The notes beneath the pieces were generated by a model, which saw nothing but the letters and a program-made list of their open reading frames with translations, ran no database searches and was not told where the DNA came from. Positions 45,488 to 55,100 of a stretch of 56,770 nt of DNA are shown piece by piece; within the stretch, counting starts at the first letter, position 1, and each line of letters begins with the position of its first letter. The position numbers and the translations under genes are program-made. This DNA comes from a virus (lineage: Duplodnaviria; Caudoviricetes). Where the stretch lies: positions 1 through 56,770 of the IMG/VR virus record IMGVR_UViG_3300037423_000513. One strand, given 5' to 3'.

Positions 45488-46489
45488 ATGGCTATCGGCA
45501 AAGCAAGCGATTTCAAGATTTACAACGACCAGTTCTTCGGTGGTCTGGTCGAAACCATGACCCAGGACACCAAGGCGCTGGGCAGCGTCGGCATTCGCGT
45601 CAGCGGCCGTGCGATCAAGGGTGACTTCGAGCTGCAAAGCTTCATGAAGAAGATCAGCGGCATCATCACCCGCCGCGATACCACCGTGGTGACCGCTGCG
45701 ACCGACCTGTCGATCGGCATGGACGAGAACATCAGCGTCAAGCTGAACCGCAAGATCGGCCCGATCGCGCAGACCCTGGACGCCTGGAAGAAGGCTGCAC
45801 TGCCGTTCCAGACTGATTTCGACGTCGACGGCGCGCAAGGCTTCTCGCGCTACCTGGGTAGCATGATCGCCAAGGACATCGAGGGCGACATGCTGAACAC
45901 CGCGCTGCTGGCCGGTCGTACCTTCCTGGAGGGCGCCGCGGGCGGTGCAAACCTGTACACCATTCCGTCGAACGGCACCATGAATACCGCCGCCCTGATC
46001 TCGCTGCTGGCGAAAATGGGCGACGCATCGAGCAAGGTCAAGGCCTGGGTTATGCACTCGAAGGTCTACTTCGACCTGATCCAGTATCAGGTGGCTGCCG
46101 CCAACAACGGCTCGGATGCCGCCTACGGTGTGATCCAGGCTGCAATGCCGCTGACCCTGAATCGCCCGGTGTACGTCACCGACTCGCCGTCGCTGGTCGT
46201 CCCTGGCACGCCGGATCTATACCGTACCCTGGGCTTGGTCGACGCGGGCATCGACATGATCAACAGTGAAGAGCAGACCGTCGTTCTGGATACCGTGACC
46301 GGCCTCGAGAACCTGGTCTCTCGCATGCAGGGTGAGTTCGCCTACAACCTGGCGATCAAGGGCGCCAAGTGGGACACCACCAGCGGCGGTGCGAACCCGA
46401 ACCAGACCGCGATCGGCACCTTCGCCAACTGGGACCAGACCGCGACGTCGAGCAAGGACTTCGCCGGCTGCGTCTGCATCTCGGGCTAA
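45488..46489 (+). CDS. Major capsid protein
   Basis: Size, strong codon bias, WVMHSK motif, position after scaffold. Confidence 0.85.
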   Translation: MAIGKASDFKIYNDQFFGGLVETMTQDTKALGSVGIRVSGRAIKGDFELQSFMKKISGIITRRDTTVVTAATDLSIGMDENISVKLNRKIGPIAQTLDAWKKAALPFQTDFDVDGAQGFSRYLGSMIAKDIEGDMLNTALLAGRTFLEGAAGGANLYTIPSNGTMNTAALISLLAKMGDASSKVKAWVMHSKVYFDLIQYQVAAANNGSDAAYGVIQAAMPLTLNRPVYVTDSPSLVVPGTPDLYRTLGLVDAGIDMINSEEQTVVLDTVTGLENLVSRMQGEFAYNLAIKGAKWDTTSGGANPNQTAIGTFANWDQTATSSKDFAGCVCISG

Positions 46490-46546
46490 CCGCCCGTCAC
46501 CATGCCGGCCTGTGGCGATCCTGCGGGCCGGCAGTCAAGGACAACT

Positions 46547-46852
46547 ATGCGGAAAAACATTGGCATCTACGCGTCGAATGATTGGCCTGACGCGAAAGTG
46601 TTCGCTGATCAGTTGCGCGCCGAAGGTCCGTGCACCGTCCGGATCCGCGACGGGAGGCTGTTCACCCCGGATCAGCGCGAAAACTTCGACATCGTGTTCG
46701 TCAAGGGAGATTTCTCGGCTGTCATGGATGCATATCCGGATGTGCGACGGATCGACGAGCCTTCCGACGTTGAGGCGGGCGAACCATCGCATGCGCCGAG
46801 TAGGTCGAAGCGTGGAGCCAGATCCAAAGACGCCGCAGCAGATACTGAATAA
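46547..46852 (+). CDS. Head-associated hypothetical protein
   Basis: AAGGA RBS, directly after MCP. Confidence 0.55.
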   Translation: MRKNIGIYASNDWPDAKVFADQLRAEGPCTVRIRDGRLFTPDQRENFDIVFVKGDFSAVMDAYPDVRRIDEPSDVEAGEPSHAPSRSKRGARSKDAAADTE

Positions 46853-46861
46853 GGCAACACC

Positions 46862-47254
46862 ATGCTCACCGACGCACAAAAGATCGATGTTCGCCGCTGG
46901 ATGGGCTACCCGACGCTGAATGCGGGCTACCCGGACACTGTCTACACCGTCGCCTGGAATCGCTCGACATTTCCGGTATCGATCACCGACAAGCTCGCGA
47001 ACCTCAGCGATAGCGAGGAAACAGTGCTGGTCGATAAGTACCTTACGCCGCTGGAGCAGTTGGAAGCCGCGATCCTGACCGTGAGCGACAACCTCGACAC
47101 CAACAAGGCAGCTGTTTGGGAGCGCAACACCAACGAGCAGGCTGACCGCGAGCGTCTGTTCGACTCGGTGCGTCGTCGCATGTGCGCGTTCCTCGGTTTC
47201 AAGCCGGGGCCGGAGCTGGGTGGCGGTAACGGCATTTCGTTGGTGCGAGCATGA
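46862..47254 (+). CDS. Head-tail adaptor
   Basis: MLTDAQKIDVRRWMGYP...NLDTNKAAVWERN...RRRMCAFLG. Confidence 0.7.
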   Translation: MLTDAQKIDVRRWMGYPTLNAGYPDTVYTVAWNRSTFPVSITDKLANLSDSEETVLVDKYLTPLEQLEAAILTVSDNLDTNKAAVWERNTNEQADRERLFDSVRRRMCAFLGFKPGPELGGGNGISLVRA

Positions 47255-47691
47255 GCACAAACCCGACCATGCACAAGGAGGCGTTCAACCTCCTGTGCGA
47301 GGACCGGATCTACACCGGAATGTCGCGGGAGGTCTGGTCGAGCTTGCTTCTACCCGACTGCGTCATCAAGGTTGAAGACCGTAGCAGATATTTCCAGAAC
47401 GTGATCGAGTGGGAGACTTGGCAGCGCGTGAAGGATACGCCGCTCGCTCGTTGGTTCGCTCCGTGTCGCTGGATCAGCCCTAGCGGATCGGTCCTTGTGA
47501 TGGAACGCACGCGCCCGGCAAGCGACCGCGATTACCCCGAAAAGATGCCGATCTTTCTGAACGATTTCAAGCGCCGTAATTACGGCATGCTCGGAAAGCG
47601 GCTGGTCTGCCACGACTACGGCATCAGCAACCTCATGGATTGGGGCATGTCGAAGCGCATGGTCAAGGCAAACTGGAGTGATAACGCATGA
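47251..47691 (+). CDS. Minimal protein kinase-like protein
   Basis: Ordered motifs TGMSREV (Gly loop), VIKV, QNVIEW, LVMER, DFKRRNYG (catalytic loop), DYG. Confidence 0.75.
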   Translation: MSTNPTMHKEAFNLLCEDRIYTGMSREVWSSLLLPDCVIKVEDRSRYFQNVIEWETWQRVKDTPLARWFAPCRWISPSGSVLVMERTRPASDRDYPEKMPIFLNDFKRRNYGMLGKRLVCHDYGISNLMDWGMSKRMVKANWSDNA

Positions 47692-48302
47692 TGACCGGCG
47701 ACCGCCTGCAAAACCTGCTCTATGCCGGCTATGCCAAGCTCGCAGCAAAGGCCGGCTTCATGTTCGACGTCTACCGCTTCGATGAGCCGATCGCCGTCAC
47801 GGACGAGCTCTACAAGATCGCGCGCATTCCGGTAGCGCTGGCAGCCGAGAAGAAGTTCGCGATCCCGAACAAATACCAGACGCCGACTTGGTACTGCTAC
47901 GCCGACGGTCGGATCCTGCGCCCCCGCGACATCCTAAAGGGACCGGCGGGCACGTTCTACATCGGCGACATGCAGCCGAACCTGCCGATCCAAGCAGTAT
48001 CGACGAACCACGTGATTTCCATCGGCCGCGGCTCCTACGAGGGCGGCGACCAGTCAATCGAGTTCTACGCCACCGGCATCCCGGTCTTCATGCAGTTCAA
48101 GCGCGAGGACATCAAGCAAGCGCAGTACGCAACGACGATGGGGCAGGCGATCACGCACTGGACCACGTTCATTCCGCTGCCTGAAGGGATGCTGAAGCAA
48201 GACGACGTTGTGGAGGATGAGGAAGGTATCCGGTACATCGTCGATGCGCCGGACTTCACCAGCATCGGCTATGTCGCTCACCTGAGGCTGATCACGATAT
48301 GA
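47688..48302 (+). CDS. Head closure/neck protein
   Basis: GYAKLAAKAG..FDVYR, YIGDMQPNLPIQAV; position. Confidence 0.65.
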   Translation: MMTGDRLQNLLYAGYAKLAAKAGFMFDVYRFDEPIAVTDELYKIARIPVALAAEKKFAIPNKYQTPTWYCYADGRILRPRDILKGPAGTFYIGDMQPNLPIQAVSTNHVISIGRGSYEGGDQSIEFYATGIPVFMQFKREDIKQAQYATTMGQAITHWTTFIPLPEGMLKQDDVVEDEEGIRYIVDAPDFTSIGYVAHLRLITI

Positions 48303-48724
48303 CGATGACTATCGATCTGGGCCAGGCGCTCGCCGCGTTGAACCGGCTCGCCATGCTCAACATGTCGCCTTGGCTGGATTCGGTCGGCCAGAAGGCGCAA
48401 CAAGATGTGCAAGCGCGTATTCAGCAGACCAAGCACGACCCGGAGAGCCAGCCGTGGTCGCCCTGGCAACCGCGCACCGAGAAGCAACGCCTCAAGAAGG
48501 GCAACGCGGGTCAGGGGCTGCTGTGGGACGAGGGGACGCTGCTCAACACCATCAAGTTCAGCGCGGACAGCGGTGGCGTGACGATCGGTACGGAAGTCGG
48601 TTACGCCGGCTACCTGCAGGACGGCACTCAACGCATGGCCGCGCGTCCGTTCCTGGGTTGGTCCGATGCCGAAACGACAGCACTTGAGTTCAGCGCGATT
48701 GCATTCATTGAGGCGATGCTGTGA
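48299..48724 (+). CDS. Virion morphogenesis/tail completion protein
   Basis: DPESQPWSP, YAGYLQDGT..MAARPFLG. Confidence 0.8.
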   Translation: MTMTIDLGQALAALNRLAMLNMSPWLDSVGQKAQQDVQARIQQTKHDPESQPWSPWQPRTEKQRLKKGNAGQGLLWDEGTLLNTIKFSADSGGVTIGTEVGYAGYLQDGTQRMAARPFLGWSDAETTALEFSAIAFIEAML

Positions 48725-48924
48725 AAACAGTGCGTCTCTTCCAAAACCATGACCAGCACATCGACGGCAAGGTGATCCGGCACAAGGCGGGTTCGACGGT
48801 CGATCTGCCGGACGATGAGGCGGACTTCGTGATCCGAGCCACGTTAGGCATCAGGGCCGCTCGCATCGAGCTGGCCGAAAACACGCCGGGAACGCCGGAA
48901 AGGGAGCGCAAGAATGATCGCTGA
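48721..48924 (+). CDS. Small structural hypothetical protein
   Basis: HKAGSTVDLPDDEADF; coupled. Confidence 0.55.
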   Translation: MKTVRLFQNHDQHIDGKVIRHKAGSTVDLPDDEADFVIRATLGIRAARIELAENTPGTPERERKNDR

Positions 48925-49360
48925 GAATGCCAGAGACCTCGTTGAGCGCGTGAACTCCGTGCCCGGGATCCTGTCTGCTGGCCTGGCGCTCGGCGGGCGC
49001 GGTTCCGACCCCGCGATGACCAAGATTCCACTGCCAGCGGCGTGGATCATGTTCGGCAAAGACCGGGTGAATGAGGAGCCTTATGGCTCGTCGCAGAGCA
49101 GTAGATTCGGCGGCATGGTCCCGATGGGCGAAAACGTCCAGCAAATCTACAGCGTCGTGATCTACATCCCGTACCAGAGCCAGGACGATCTCCTGACCGT
49201 GCAGTTTCCGCTGCTGGAGTCCGTGATCGAAGCCGTGCGCGGAGGCGGCAAAGAAGCGCCGTCCGGCCACCGCTGGCGGTACATCGGCCAGAAACTCGCG
49301 ATGGTCTACCCGGACCGCCTCGCCTACGAACAAAGCTACACCGTCGACGCTTTCATGTAG
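48914..49360 (+). CDS. Tail terminator-like protein
   Basis: LPAAWIMF motif; position before tail tube. Confidence 0.6.
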   Translation: MIAENARDLVERVNSVPGILSAGLALGGRGSDPAMTKIPLPAAWIMFGKDRVNEEPYGSSQSSRFGGMVPMGENVQQIYSVVIYIPYQSQDDLLTVQFPLLESVIEAVRGGGKEAPSGHRWRYIGQKLAMVYPDRLAYEQSYTVDAFM

Positions 49361-49415
49361 CAGCATCCCGCCCGCCATGAGCGGGTTTCTCTACCTCCGA
49401 AGATAAGGAACTTCT

Positions 49416-50204
49416 ATGCCTCTCATCAGTAACGCCGCCCTGCAGGATATCGGCGACAAACTCGCACGCTTCGCCGCAATGTCGGTGGGTGACCCGAATT
49501 TCGACGACTCCTTCACCGCCGGCCTGGATGCCGCCAGCAATGCCGTGCTTTCGGGCTCGAACAGCATCGCGCAATATCTGCTGGATTCCAACGACGAAGC
49601 CGTGACCGCGGATCTGCTGCCGGCCGCACGTGACCTGGACGAGGCGCATCCGGCGATGCCGAACGGCTTCCTGCTGGGCATCCCGGGCATCAGCGCGATG
49701 ATCAAGGCGCTGGACAGCCACCTGAAACGCTACGCCGGCGTGACGAACTTGGATGCGTACCTGTCGACCCTGAACGCAAGCGCTCCGACGCTGCGCTTCC
49801 ACGCTGCCTTTACCGATCACCTGAAAACGCTGTCGGCCAAGAACGTCTTCATCGGCGCGGATCTGGACCTGGCTCGCGTGAACGTCTCTGGCGCCGCAGC
49901 CGGCACCTTTACCCACCTGGCCGCAATCGACAAAACCAAGTACTCGGGCGCGAAGCTGGTCGCGAAAAACGTCGGCGCGCTGACCTCGAGCACGAACCTG
50001 TCGATCACCGGCAAGAAGTTCGACGGCACCACGGCGACCCTGACTGCCGCGATCACGACCCTGACCGACGGCGCCGAGACGAACCTGTCGGACGTTACCA
50101 AGGTCTTCATTGACGTGACCGGCATTACCGTCACCTCGGGCGGCACCGCTGGCAACGTCGTCAAGATCGTTGCTAAGACCGACCGCAGCATCGCAGCTGC
50201 TTAA
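49416..50204 (+). CDS. Structural protein, unknown function
   Basis: Strong codon bias, AAGGA RBS. Confidence 0.6.
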   Translation: MPLISNAALQDIGDKLARFAAMSVGDPNFDDSFTAGLDAASNAVLSGSNSIAQYLLDSNDEAVTADLLPAARDLDEAHPAMPNGFLLGIPGISAMIKALDSHLKRYAGVTNLDAYLSTLNASAPTLRFHAAFTDHLKTLSAKNVFIGADLDLARVNVSGAAAGTFTHLAAIDKTKYSGAKLVAKNVGALTSSTNLSITGKKFDGTTATLTAAITTLTDGAETNLSDVTKVFIDVTGITVTSGGTAGNVVKIVAKTDRSIAAA

Positions 50205-50229
50205 TAAACTCCCCGAAAGGTAAATCACC

Positions 50230-50988
50230 ATGGCATTTAACGACAATTCCTACGGCCTGTTCCAGGGGCAGTTGTTCCTCGCTGCGCGCACCATGAACGG
50301 CCCGATGACCGGCGGCTATATGCCGGTCGGCGATGCGGACATGTTCACCATCGACCCGAAGCAGAAGTTCGAGGACATCGAAGAGAGCCAGACTGGCATG
50401 GGCCTGACCTCGGCGCACATTCCGACCCAGACCTCCGTCTCAGCCAAGATGCGCCTGCTGAACATCAAGATGGACAACTGGGAGCGCGCTGTCTGGGGCA
50501 CCAAGTCTGGAGCTGTCGCTGGCGGCACCGTCTCGGGCGAGCCGGTCGTGGTGTACGCAAACTCGATGGTGCCGCTTGCACACCCGGGCGTGTCGAACGT
50601 GGCAATCGCCGGCCTGACTGAAGGGACCGACTACGTCGTCGATGCGCGCCAGGGTGCCGTTACCATCCTGCCGACCTCGACCGCCACCTTCCCGATGACC
50701 ACCACGGCGTCGTACTCCTACGACGCGTACAGCGGCAAGGTCGAAGCGTTCACCCAAAACCAGCCGGTGTTCTCGGTCATGCTGCTTGGCATCAACACTG
50801 CGAACTCGAACCAGCCGGTGCGCGTCGAGTGCTACCAGTGGGCGCCGGACATGGCGAAGGTGCTGAACATGATCGAAAAGAAACACATGAACTTCGAACT
50901 CGACGGCATGCTGCTGCAGGATCAGTCCCGCCCGCTGCCGACCGCTGATTCTCCGCTGTCGCAGTTCTTTACCGTAATGAAGGCATAA
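50230..50988 (+). CDS. Major tail tube protein
   Basis: YGLFQGQLFLA start, EGTDYVVD Ig-like insert; precedes chaperones and TMP; no sheath gene seen. Confidence 0.8.
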   Translation: MAFNDNSYGLFQGQLFLAARTMNGPMTGGYMPVGDADMFTIDPKQKFEDIEESQTGMGLTSAHIPTQTSVSAKMRLLNIKMDNWERAVWGTKSGAVAGGTVSGEPVVVYANSMVPLAHPGVSNVAIAGLTEGTDYVVDARQGAVTILPTSTATFPMTTTASYSYDAYSGKVEAFTQNQPVFSVMLLGINTANSNQPVRVECYQWAPDMAKVLNMIEKKHMNFELDGMLLQDQSRPLPTADSPLSQFFTVMKA

Positions 50989-50991
50989 CCA

Positions 50992-51411
50992 ATGAGCGAA
51001 GACCTGAAAGCCCTTTTCCCGGGCCAAGAGGTCGTCGCTGGCGGGGAGACGATCGTCGTTTCCCCGTTCGTGTTCGGCCAACTCCCGAAGGTTGCCAAGT
51101 GCTTCGCATCGATCAAGAGCGTCATCGAGGACGGCAACCTGATCGAGATCGCGTCGGCCGGCGGCGAAGACCTGCTCGCCCTGCTGTGTCTCGCAGCGAA
51201 CAAGCCGCGGGCATGGTTCGACAAGCTGCCATCTGACGAAGGCTTGAACCTGATGGCGGCCGTCATCCAGGTGAACCGGGATTTTTTCGTCCAGCGGATG
51301 TCTCCCGTACTCCAACGCCTCACTCAGGCCGTGAATGGGACTGGGGCGCCATCGTCGCCAGACTCATCCGCGCCGGCCACCGATGGGGCGACATCCCCGG
51401 CTACACCCTGA
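50992..51411 (+). CDS. Tail assembly chaperone (G)
   Basis: VIQVNRDFF motif; between tube and TMP. Confidence 0.8.
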   Translation: MSEDLKALFPGQEVVAGGETIVVSPFVFGQLPKVAKCFASIKSVIEDGNLIEIASAGGEDLLALLCLAANKPRAWFDKLPSDEGLNLMAAVIQVNRDFFVQRMSPVLQRLTQAVNGTGAPSSPDSSAPATDGATSPATP

Positions 51412-51557
51412 GCCAGATCAAACTGTTTATCCGCGAGGCAGCAGTTCTTGAGCGCGAGGAGGCGGCGCAAAGGCTGGCCCACGGGTTCATGGCAGCGAAC
51501 GCGGATGGCGACAAGATCAACGATGCGATCAGGTCGCTCACCGAGCTGCGCGACTAG
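51282..51557 (+). CDS. -1 frameshift extension of tail chaperone (GT)
   Basis: Slippery T TTT TTC at 51282-51288; -1 frame open to TAG 51557, encodes WGAIVARLIRAGHRWGDIPGYTLSQI. Confidence 0.7.
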   Translation, partial: FFRPADVSRTPTPHSGREWDWGAIVARLIRAGHRWGDIPGYTLSQIKLFIREAAVLEREEAAQRLAHGFMAANADGDKINDAIRSLTELRD

Positions 51558-52095
51558 CGCCGCCCGGGATTCTCGCCAGCCATTCCAACTGCGGCAACTG
51601 GTCATGATGGAGAAGTAGCACCTGCGTGCTGGCGGCAAGTGCGTAAGCGGAGGCCGTGTATGTGGCTGTGCTGACGACGACGGCAAGATGCGCGCCGTAG
51701 TGCAGCCGTCCGGCGACGACTTCCTGCACAGCCCGGTTTCCAACCGGATGCGTGTACATCTTGCATTGGATTGCAACCTTGGTGCCGCGCATAACCGCGA
51801 TCACATCTACGCCCTGATCCTGCAACGGTGTCGTATGCGTCTGCCAGCCGGCATCGCGCAGCAGCAGGGCGCAGTATTCCTCGTAGGCAAGTGGTGATAA
51901 GGCCCCAACGTCTGCCATGCGCAGGCGATCGGTTTTTGCGTCGAGTTCAGCGCGCGCCTTACGTACGGCGAAGGCCAAAACGAGGAAGCCAATGATTGTG
52001 TAGAGCAAAGGAAGGCGCGAGAGTATCCACACGGCACACGCGGCAATGATGCCGAGCCACGAGTAGTAGCAAAGCTTTTTCAGCAGCCACAGCAT
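51538..52095 (-). CDS. Membrane-anchored Mrr-like restriction endonuclease domain protein (moron)
   Basis: Two N-terminal TM segments; YEEYCA, DQGVDV, IQCK, AVQEV, VVST motifs. Confidence 0.8.
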   Translation of the reverse strand: MLWLLKKLCYYSWLGIIAACAVWILSRLPLLYTIIGFLVLAFAVRKARAELDAKTDRLRMADVGALSPLAYEEYCALLLRDAGWQTHTTPLQDQGVDVIAVMRGTKVAIQCKMYTHPVGNRAVQEVVAGRLHYGAHLAVVVSTATYTASAYALAASTQVLLLHHDQLPQLEWLARIPGGASRAAR

Positions 52096-52127
52096 TTCGT
52101 AAATCTAGCACAACCGAGCGAGCACAC

Positions 52128-55100
52128 ATGGCATCCATGAACATCGATATGCGCCTGAACCTGGTCGACACGGCCAGTGCTCCGGTAAAGGCGTTCATCT
52201 CGACGCTCGAAAGCTTGGAAGCAGCAGTTTCTGGCGTATCCAGTCGTATGACTGGTCTTGCAGCTGGCATGGATGCTCTTGGCGCATCGCTAGGCCTCAT
52301 CAAGACCAATTCTGCCGGCGCCGCGGCTGAACTCGGCACGATCGGCGCGCAGGCCGGTACTGCCGCGGGTGAAACTGCGCGCCTGGAAACCACCATGGCA
52401 GCCCTGTCGCTGTCTCTGGAGCGCATCGTCGGCCAACTTGTCGCGACTACCGCTGGGCTTGCCAGGATGGGCGGCGCAGCGGTTGCCGCTGGCACGGAAG
52501 CCGGTGCCGCCATGAATGGCGTTGGCGTTGGCGCCCAAGGTGCGACTACCCAGGTGAATACGCTTGCGTCGTCGATTCAGGGCATGGCCGCACTGTGGGC
52601 CGCCTTCAAGATCGAGAAAGGCCTGAAAGCGTCGATCGAAGACGCCGCCGAGTACGAGCGCACCGACAACCGCCTGCGCAATATGAATCTGCGTCCGGAT
52701 GAGTCCGACGCGATCCACCAATCCGTGCGCCAGACCGGGCGTGAGTTCCACCAATTCGACCAGAACGAACTGCTGGAGATGGCGATCGACCTGCGCAACG
52801 CCACCGGCAGCGCGCACGAGGCAGCCACCGGCCTGAAAGGCTTCGCCGAGTCTGTCTTCGCGATCAACCTGTCGATGCCGAGCGGGAAAAAGCTCGATGA
52901 GCAGGGCACGCTGAACTTCGCGAAGTTCCTCGAAGGCCGCGGCGTCACGATGGATCCGGCGGCAATGGCTGCGCAACAGGATCTCGTTACCAAGATCGTC
53001 GCGACCACGCAAGGTCGCGTGAACCCGAACAACCTGTTCGGCAACCTGACCTACGCCAAGGGTGGTCTCGGCCGCACGATGGACGACGACGCGCTGGTGA
53101 CGTTCGCCGCAATGATCGAGCAGGATACGATCGGCGGTGGAACGGGGGGGCGTGTCGGAACAATGCTGACCTCGTTCGTCAACAGCATCACGAAGGCGAA
53201 CGCGATCACGACCAAGAACCGCGACGAGTGGATGAAACTCGGCCTGGTAGACCCGGGCAAGGTCAACGTCAACGAGAATACGAATCGCGTGACAAGCATC
53301 CAGGCGGGTGCCATTGCCGGCACGGATATCGTCGGCAAGAACTTCAAGCGCTGGGTCGACGAATACCTGCGTCCCGCGCTGATTGCTGCAGGCGTCAATA
53401 TGGACGACCTGAACGAGGTCAAGTCCAAGACCGATGTGCTGTTCCCGAACAGGAATGCATCTGAGGCAGCGTTCCAGTTGCTGTCGAAGAAGGAACTGAT
53501 CGAGAAGGACTCGGCCAACATCAATCAGGCTGCCGGCAAGGATCAGCAGGTCAAGAACGGTGAAGCCCTGTCCGCGGCGAATTGGGAGCGCTTTCACAAA
53601 GCGATCAATGACCTGGCAATCGCCATCGGTACAACCTTGCTGCCTGTCCTGAATCCGCTTCTGGAAGGTTTTACGAAGGTTATCGAGGTGATCGGCCGTC
53701 TGAGCCAGGATCACCCTGTCTTCGGCTTCTTGATCGGACTGACTGGCGGCTTGGGCAGCCTTTCGCTCTTGATCGCTGGCGTGACTCGCCTGTTCGGTCC
53801 GCTCGGCGCAATGCTTGGCGTGACCGGCGCATCGTTTGGCGGCTTCGGCGCCATGGTAAGTGGCGCGGGCGCTGTCGTATCCACTGCAATCGGCTTCATC
53901 CTCCGGTGGCTGCTGCGTTTGATCGGCCCGATCGGCCTGATTCTGCTGGCGTGGGACGCCGGCCTTGGCGACTGGATCTCGAAGCTCAATGTGTTCGGCC
54001 ACTCAGTCGGCGATTGGGCATCCTCCCTGTCCGACACCGTCGTCACCGCATTCAAGAACATGTGGGTGCGCACGAAGCAGTACTTCGGCTTCCTGTCGGA
54101 CGATGCAGCGGCTGCACAAATCGAAGCAAACAACAAGGCGAGCGCTCAGAAGCAAGGGAAGCTCGGTTTCGGCCCCAAACCCGTCGAAAAAGCGCCGACT
54201 ACACCAGCAACGCGCGGCGGCGCATCGGGCGATTGGGGCCGCGGCGAGGAAATTTCGCCAGAGTCCAAGGCAACCGAGGATAAGGTTAAGCGCGAAAAGG
54301 CAATTGCCAAGCAGCGAGAGGAGAACCAGGCGGCAGCCGCAGGTCTGCTCGGTGGCGGCAAGAAGGGTGGTCGCTTCAAGAACTACGACGCCAATCTCGA
54401 CGACGCCAAGAACGATCTGCGCCTGGAAGAGGATGAACTCGCCCGCCACATGAAGGCCGAGGACGAGCTCTACAAAGCGGGCAAGCTGTCGATCGACGAG
54501 TATTACGACGACAAACTCGCCACGATGCGCAAGAGCGTCAACTTGCAGATCGCTGAACTGGAGCGCGAGAAGGCTGCCTACCAGAAGCAGGGCGACAAGG
54601 CAGGCGTCAACCGCGCCAGCACCGAAATCGAACTCCGCAAGCGCGACCTGTCGGATAACGAGAAATCGGTCGAGGTGCAGCGCGAGAAGGACCTGAATGC
54701 GCTGAAGGAGCGCGGCCTGCAGCTTGACGCTCAACAACTGCAGGCAGAGGGCAAAAAGAATCAAGCCGCTCTCGCCCGTGAAATTCAGCGACTCAAAAAG
54801 GACCAGGAAGAGTACCTGCGTAATGGCGATTACGAGCATGCAGTGCTCGCGCAGCAGGCCATCGACACCGCCAAGCTGACGGCATCCTGGGAGGCGTATG
54901 GCGATGCGGTTAAGAAGGTGCAGGAAGGTACGCAGACAAAGGAAGCCGAGGTTGACGCCGAAGTCAGGTCTGGCGCCCTAACGAAATACCAAGCCGAGCA
55001 AAAGGTGTTTGCGCTCCGCCAGCAGGAAGCCCAGCAACTCGATGAGCTGATTGCCAAGGAAAGGGCGCTGATTCAGGCGTCCGACGCGCCGCAAGGCGTG

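Noticed and set aside
51538-52095. Type II restriction-modification pair with one of the methyltransferases
   Set aside because: Not linked to any MTase; Mrr-like TM architecture is not a type II endonuclease
52290-54002. 570-aa antisense ORF (likewise 23199..24605 and 19940..21208)
   Set aside because: High-GC antisense shadows of real genes, with no recognisable motifs
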